Shown here piece after piece: positions 56,501 to 64,000 of a stretch of DNA of 64,000 nt. The notes under the pieces were generated by a model. The model searched no databases and was not told the origin of the DNA. It saw nothing but the letters and a program-made list of their open reading frames with translations. The DNA is from Dimorphilus gyrociliatus (taxonomy: Eukaryota; Animalia; Annelida), in assembly GCA_904063045.1 (NCBI GenBank), contig CAJFCJ010000009.1:1034942-1098941 (forward strand). The letters run 5' to 3'. Within the stretch, counting starts at the first letter, position 1; every line of letters begins with the position of its first letter. Both the position numbers and the translations under genes were made by a program.

Positions 56501-59500
56501 AGATGCCAACTACACTTAAACCATCTGAAAGAAGTTTTAAATCAAATATACGATACAAAAAAATACAGAATAGATGATATTCTTCATAAAATCTCCAAAA
56601 CTAAATTATTAATATTCCCTGAGGATCTTGATTACGTAATAGATGATACTAATTATAATACAGTCATTAAATGGAGTTTAGACGAATTTAAGACAAGAAT
56701 TAAAAGAGTTTGTCAACATCAGGCTAAAAATATAGATAATTGGTTGGCTATTGCCGAACAAGGCGTTAAAGAACTTATCGAGATAGTAACATTAAAATCG
56801 TTTGATAATTACGAATCATCTATACAATTATTTAAAAAGAAAAGTCAAGAAGATAGTACTTCTCTCGTTAATATATTTGTTTCAGCAACAAGCTTGGAAG
56901 ATGTAGAGGGCGTTGAAAAGCTAGATATTCAACAGCGTAATTGGTTTAAGTAGTATCTATGCATTTATAAGATACTTAATTTATAACTTATGTTGTTTTT
57001 GATTTTATTCTTCAGGGATAAATGCCAAGAATTGTTTGATATTTACGGTTATCAGGCCAGAGAGGCATTTTTAACTTGTTTACGTGAAAACTTAGAGACG
57101 CTTAAAAATAGATTGTTACCCATCAAAGAGATGTCTAGTTCTAAAAATAGAAATTTTTCCGTTGCAAAATTACATCTATTCTTAAATTTACCGAACGTTA
57201 GACTAAAACCAACATTAGAAGACTTTCAATCTACCATTAATAGTATTGTTTATAGCATAACAAGAACATTACCCTCAACGATAATTCAATGGGGAGAAAT
57301 TCGTCAATTAGTCGTTTATGCCGAAAAGGAACTGATACAGCACGAAGATCTATTTTATCGTTTTATTAAATCTCAGCAAGTAATTTTACAATTACGCCTT
57401 TTTGATTTCGTTTCCTCTATCACTTTATCTAATTTTTAAGGGATACTCTTCAAATTTACCGACAAGTTTGCAACAAAAAGTTATACTTCCGGCCGAGGTT
57501 AATGAGACTAAAAGCATGTTAAAAACGGTTTTAGAGAGCAAAGATTTATCAAAACTAAGTTCACAATTGAAGACAATTGCTAGCTTATATAAAGAAGAGT
57601 TGGATGATAAGATAAGGCATTTATCGTCTGATAACTTTTTGTGGATTGAAAATCTTGATGATAGAACTGAAGGATTTCTAGGAACAAGTAAAGGCTTGTA
57701 CGAATTTCTGGATGAATTAAAGGCCTATGATGATGTTGAAATGAGCATTGATATTCTGCCTAATCATCTGAGAATTGGCGCTCTTGATGTAGATACGACA
57801 CCTCTCATCGAATCATTAAAAGTTGAAAATAATCGTTGGAGGACTAAATTTCTTCAAAAATTTAATAAAATTTATAAGATTAAAGCTGACTTAATTAAAA
57901 ACTTTCTTGAAGACCATATTAAGAGGTTACAAAGACCAATAAAAGATTTGGAAGACGTTCGTAACGCTATGTCAACTCTGGAATCAGTTAAAGGGCAACA
58001 GTTAAAGATAGACGCCGATCTGACTCCTATTGAAGAATGTTATTCAATTCTTCATAAGTATGAGCTTACGCTTACAAAAGACGAAGCCGATATGATCGAC
58101 TCACTTAGATTTAAGCTTAACAAGTTAAATAGAGTGTCTTCAGACGTTACAGATAATCTATTAAAGCTTCAACCAAAATTTAGGAAAGAATTGGAATCTT
58201 CTATTAATCAGTTTATTACTCATTTGAATAAGTTTGCTATGGATTACGAAGCAAATGGTCATATACCTAGTTTATAAATCTATATATATATATATATATA
58301 TATGTACATACAAAAGGTAAATTTACTCATTATTTTAACATTTTCAACCCAATTATAGGCCCAATGGAAGAGAGTATTTCGGCCGAAGAGGCTAGTGAAA
58401 GATTAATCCTATTTCAAATTAGATTTGATAATTTATTCCGCTCATATGAAACGTATCATGCAGGAGAAAAATTATTCGGTTTACCTGAAAGAGAATATCC
58501 GTATCTCAAACGGATTAAAAAAGAATTAAATCTTTTGCAAAAGCTATACTCTTTATACAAGACGACTATGGATTCTATAAATGGATTTTCTGAAATTCCT
58601 TGGAGTGACGTTAAGATAGATAGAATTAACGACCAGTTGATTGACCTACAGAATAAATGCCGAAGATTACCAAGAGGTCTAAAAGAATGGCCAGCTTATT
58701 ACGACCTTAAAAAGAAAATTGATGAATTTAATGAATGCTGCCCTCTATTGGAGATGATGGCGTCAAAATCTATGAAAAATAGGCATTGGGAAAAATTATC
58801 TATTCTGACTGGAACAATAATGAAAATCGAAAATGAAGATTTTAGATTAAAAGATATAATGAGGGCTCCTTTACTCATTCATAGAGAAGATATTGAAGAT
58901 ATATGCGTTTCTTCTCATAAAGAGAAAGAAATTGAGGCTAAATTATGTCAAATAGAATCTGAATGGAATGAAAAGTATCTTCAATTGACAACTTTTAAGA
59001 ATAGAGGAGAAATCCTGTTAAAAGTATCTACAAATTGTTTTTCATTTATTGCCATAGTTAGTAATTTAGATTTATATTTACTTATAAGGGTCAGGAAATA
59101 TCCGATGTTATTACTTTAATGGATGATTCTTTAATGTTACTTGGCTCTTTATTGGCTAATAGATATAATACATTTTTTAAGAAAAAGATTCAGGATTGGA
59201 CTGGAAAGTTGACTAATTCAAGAGAAATACTTGAAAATTGGATGACTGTTCAAAATCTATGGATTTATTTAGAAGCTGTTTTCGTTGGAGGAGATATAGC
59301 GAAACAATTACCCAGAGAGGCGAAACGATTTCATCAAATTGATAGATCATGGGTAAAAATTATGACAAGAGCTAGAGAGGATCCAAATATCATAAATGCA
59401 TGCGTAGGAGACGAAGCTCTTGGACAACTATTACCTCATTTATTAGAACAATTGGAAATATGTCAAAAATCATTAACTGGTTATCTTGAAACTAAAAGAA

Positions 59501-62500
59501 CCTTATTTCCAAGATTTTATTTTGTATCTGATCCAACTTTATTAGAAATTCTTGGCCAAGCGTCAGATCCTCATACAATTGAACTGCATCTTCTCGATAT
59601 ATTTGAAAATACAGCTAAAATATCATGGTCACCACAAGAATATGACAAAATCATGTGTGTCTTCTCAAGTGAGGGTGATAAATTAAACCTAAATAGACCT
59701 ATTAAAGCTGCCGGTAACGTTGAAAAATGGTTGAATGATTTATTGGAAATGAATTGTCAATCGTTACACCGATTAATCCAAAAATGTTATTATTCAATTT
59801 CAGAAGATGACTTTTGCTTAGTTGAATTTTTGAATAAGTCAATCGCTCAAATTGGTATTTTAGGATTACAAATTACTTGGACAAGAGAATCGGAATATGC
59901 CCTACAAAATTCTAAATACGATAAGAAGATAATGAATAGAACAAGTATAAAATTCAATGAAATATTGAACATGTTAATTCAAAAAACTACAGAAGAATTG
60001 AGTGAATATGAGAGGACTAAATACGAAACATTAATTACTATACACGTTCACCAAAAGGATATTATGGATGATCTTGTAAATAGTTTGATTACGTAATAAT
60101 ATTATAACTTCTTCTCTTTCTATTCTAATCGTATAGATTAAAAAGAATACGAAGACTGTTAGAGACTTTAATTGGCAGAAACAAACTCGTTTCTATTATA
60201 AAGAAGATGATGATGAATGTCTTGTTCAGATTACAAATGTTACATTCAGATATCAGAATGAATTTTTAGGTTGTAGAGAACGTCTTGTGATTACGCCTTT
60301 AACAGATAGGTGTTATATAACACTCGCTCAAGCTTTGGACTTATCTTTAGGAGGTGCTCCTACAGGTCCTGCCGGAACTGGTAAAACAGAAACTGTTAAA
60401 GATATGGCTAAAACATTGGGAAAATATTGCATAGTTTTCAATTGCAGTGATCAAGTACTTAATACAATATTTTATTAGATGTTATTCAATTTTTATTCAA
60501 TTTTCAACTGTTATAGATGGATTATAGGGGATTAGGAAGGATTTTTAAAGGACTAGCCCAGTCGGGTAGCTGGGGTTGTTTTGATGAATTCAATCGAATA
60601 GAATTACCTGTATTATCAGTTGCGGCCCAGCAAATTTCTTTAGTTCATCATGCTAAAAAAGAACATAAGAAACATTTCATCTTTTCTGATGGAACAACGG
60701 TCCCTATGAATGATGTATTCGGTATATTTATAACAATGAATCCAGGTTACGCGGGCAGACAAGAGCTACCTGAAAATTTAAAATTACAATTTCGATGCGT
60801 TGCCATGATGATTCCTGATCAAAAGATCATCATGAGAGTTAAATTAGCTTCTTCTGGATTTTTGGATAACGTCCTCTTAGCTGAAAAATTTAATGTTTTA
60901 TATAAATTATGCGAAGAGCAACTTTCGAAACAGGTTCTTCTATTTAATATAATTTAATATTCATTCATCATATTCAAATATTTAAATTAGGTTCATTATG
61001 ACTTTGGTCTTAGGAATATCCTATCTGTTTTAAGAACGATAGGCTCAGTGAAAAGAAATTTTGCAGATGAAAATGAAAGTAAACTTGTCATGAGAGTTCT
61101 ACGAGATATGAATTTATCAAAATTAGTTGACGAAGATGAACCAATCTTTTTATCATTGATTAGAGATCTCTTCCCAGATATTTCAATAGATGTGGACGTT
61201 TATCAAGAATTACAAAAAGCCATAACGGATAACATTGATCGTTTCGGTCTCGTTAATTCTAATTGTTGGAATTTGAAGATTATCCAGCTATATGAAATTC
61301 AAAAAGTTCGGCACGGATTGATGGTTTTAGGTTTTCCTTTTATCATAAATATCATTCATTGGTATGTTGAGTAACTTTTGTCCTACTCTTTAGGTCCTAC
61401 TGGATCCGGAAAGACTACTTGTATAAGGACATTGATGAAATCTTTAACGGATTGTGGAGAACTCCATAGAGAAATGAGAATGAACCCAAAAGCGATTACG
61501 TCATCTCAAATGTTTGGTAAACTAGATGTGGCAACAAATGATTGGACGGACGGAATATTTTCAACTTTGTGGAGAAGGACTAAAAAGAAGAAGGGGGAAC
61601 ACTCGTGGATAGTTTTAGACGGACCAGTTGACGCACTCTGGATAGAGAATCTTAATTCAGTATTGGACGATAACAAAACTCTAACTCTTGCAAATGGCGA
61701 TCGTATTCCAATGTCTTCTACATCCAGATTAGTGTTTGAAGTTCATAGTATTGACAATGCTTCTCCCGCAACTGTTAGTCGTATGGGTATGGTTTTTATC
61801 AGCAGTTTTACTCTGTCTTGGGAATCAATTATTCAAAGTAGGCTACGTGATAGACCACCAGGTCAAGCTGACAAACTCTTCAAATTATATCAAACAATAT
61901 TTGTGGATATTGATGAATATTTTAGCATTAATTTAAATCCATTAACTCCCACTCTTCAATGTATGAGAATTACGCAATCATTTGATCTTACAAAGGGTTT
62001 TCTTCAGGAATTTCCCGATGTTAACGATTACAAGTTGGAGAAATTGTTTGTCATGAGTCTTCTTTGGAGTTTCGGAGCTCTTTTAGAAAAAGATGATCGT
62101 ACAAAATTGGTTCAATATTTAAGAAATCATCCTTCAGGATTTTGTATTCCTTGTGGTGACCCATTCGAATGGATGGTTTCAAAGTCTGGAAACTGGGAGC
62201 ACTGGGAGACCAGGGTGCCTGAGTATCATTTTCCAACAGATTATATGCCTAATTTTTCATCTATTCTTGTTCCTAATGTTGACAACACTAGAATGGCCTA
62301 TATAATAGACACAATATGTAAGCAGGGTAAAGCTGTATTACTCATTGGAGAGCAGGGTACCGCAAAGACAGTTATGGTAAAAAAGCATTTAAAGACATAC
62401 AATCCTGATAAACATCTAACAAAGATTTACAATTTCTCCTCCGAAACTAAACCAATTACATTTCAAAAAACAATTGAAAGTTATCTAGACAAGAGAGTTG

Positions 62501-64000
62501 GTTCTACCTATGGTCCACCAAATGGTAGAAAAATGACAATCTTTATAGATGATATAAATATGCCGGAAATTAATGAATGGGGCGATCAAGTTACTAACGA
62601 AATAACAAGACAATTGATTGAAACAAACGGATTTTATAGTCTAAATAAGCCAGGAGATTTTAATACGCTTGTAGATTTGCAATTTATTGGCGCAATGATA
62701 CATCCAGGCGGAGGTCGAAATGATATTCCTCAGAGATTAAAAAGACACTTTTCTATATTTAATTGTACTCTACCCGCCGATAAATCTATTGATAGGATTT
62801 TTTCCACTATTGGCCTCGGATATTTTTCCGAAAAGAGGTCTTTCCCTCAAAGAATCATTGATCTCATACCAAAGCTAGTTGAAGCAACTAGGTGATACAA
62901 CTCGACAATAAGCAAAAATTTTCGTTTGTTTTTATAACTTTCAAAGTTCCCCTTATATTCGAGTTTTATCATCTAACTTATAATCTTAATATTCAGATTA
63001 ATATGGCAAAATACTAAATCAAAAATGTTACCAACGCCAACCAATTTCCATTATGTGTTTAACTTGAGAGATTTATCGAGAGTATGGGAAGGAATGCTTA
63101 AAGCTAATTCCAATGAAATTACCGAGGAATACATGCTTCTTTCTCTTTGGAAATGCGAAGTCAGCAGAGTTTTATCGGATCGTTTTGTATCAGAATCTCA
63201 TATGAAATGGTTTAATACATGTCTTACTAAGGTGGCCACAAACTTATTAGGAGATAGACTCTTGGAGCAAATACCCAATGAGCCATATTTCGTCAATTTT
63301 ATGAGAGATCCTCCAGAGTGTGAAGATGACTTTGATGAATTTGAAGCGCAATTTTCAAGACCATACGAATTAGTTAATTCGTGGCAAGAATTGACAGAAA
63401 GGATAAAAATGTTTATGTCTAATATGAATGAACAAATAAGAGGAGCTAACATGAATTTAGTCCTATTTAGGGATGCTGTTATCCACATAATAAAAATAAC
63501 TAGGATATTTGGTTTTGAAAATGGAAACATGTTGCTTGTTGGAGTTGGTGGCTCTGGAAAACAGTCGTTAACAAGATTAGCCTCTTTTATACAAGGATTA
63601 AAAACATTTAGAATTACCCTGACAAGAGCTTATAACATAACTAACTTCATAGAAGATTTAAAAACTCTTCATAAACTCTCAGGGAAAGATGGTAAGGGGG
63701 TGGCATTTATATTTACCGATAACGATATTAAGGAGGAATCGTTTCTTGAATTGTTAAATAATTTACTTAGTTCTGGTGAAGTATCAAATTTGTTCCAGAA
63801 GGATGAACTTGAAGAAATTACCCAAGATCTTATACCTGTAATGAAAAGAGAATTTCCAAAAAAATTGATAACTTTCGAGAATCTTTATGATTTCTTTATA
63901 TCAAGATGTAGAAAGAATCTTCATGTTATTCTTTGTTTTAGTCCGGTCGGCGAAAAATTTCGATCCAGATCACTGAAATTTCCTGGTCTTATTTCTGGCT
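53594..64000 (+). CDS. DNAH5: Axonemal outer-arm dynein heavy chain (DNAH5/DNAH8 gamma-type), spliced, truncated at window end
   Basis: Tail motifs GPLSELEHW and [10 protein letters not shown]; linker [18 protein letters not shown]; P-loops [10 protein letters not shown] (AAA1), GPTGSGKT (AAA2), GEQGTAKT (AAA3, characteristic of DNAH5/8) and GVGGSGKQS (AAA4). Confidence 0.92.
58262..58282. repeat. (TA)n microsatellite in a dynein intron
   Basis: Pure TA run. Confidence 0.85.

Overview
Eukaryotic (metazoan) DNA from a very compact, AT-rich genome: densely packed intron-containing genes, most introns about 50-65 nt, short intergenic spacers and many (TA)n tracts. The gene repertoire (single-exon 7-repeat protocadherin, chitobiase-type GH20) is compatible with a lophotrochozoan such as a miniaturised annelid, but the species is an inference. 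The ORF track is mostly individual exons plus intron read-through and antisense shadows, so genes were rebuilt by hand from GT-AG boundaries. All family assignments are from recalled sequences, not database searches. Gene order: MIIP-like (+, 5' truncated), TMEM41A (-), transketolase (-), TTC27 (-) with a nested antisense intronless 143-aa ORF, protocadherin (+), RAD54L2/ARIP4 (+), NT5C2 (+), UST-like sulfotransferase (+), TIPIN (-) head-to-head with ERCC1 (+), an orphan gene (-) head-to-head with PTCD1 (+), a TASOR-like gene (+), FLVCR/SLC49 transporter (-), GH20 hexosaminidase (+) and a DNAH5/8-type dynein heavy chain (+, 3' truncated). No rRNA, tRNA, CRISPR array or recognisable transposon was found. 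Best leads: (1) an orphan ORF with its own TATA+Inr nested in an enlarged TTC27 intron; (2) an invertebrate TASOR/HUSH-like protein with a putative SPOC and a PIN-like domain but no visible pseudo-PARP; (3) an ERCC1 intron apparently gained by tandem duplication; (4) candidate in-frame microexons in FLVCR and NT5C2; (5) a candidate uORF whose stop overlaps the FLVCR start codon.
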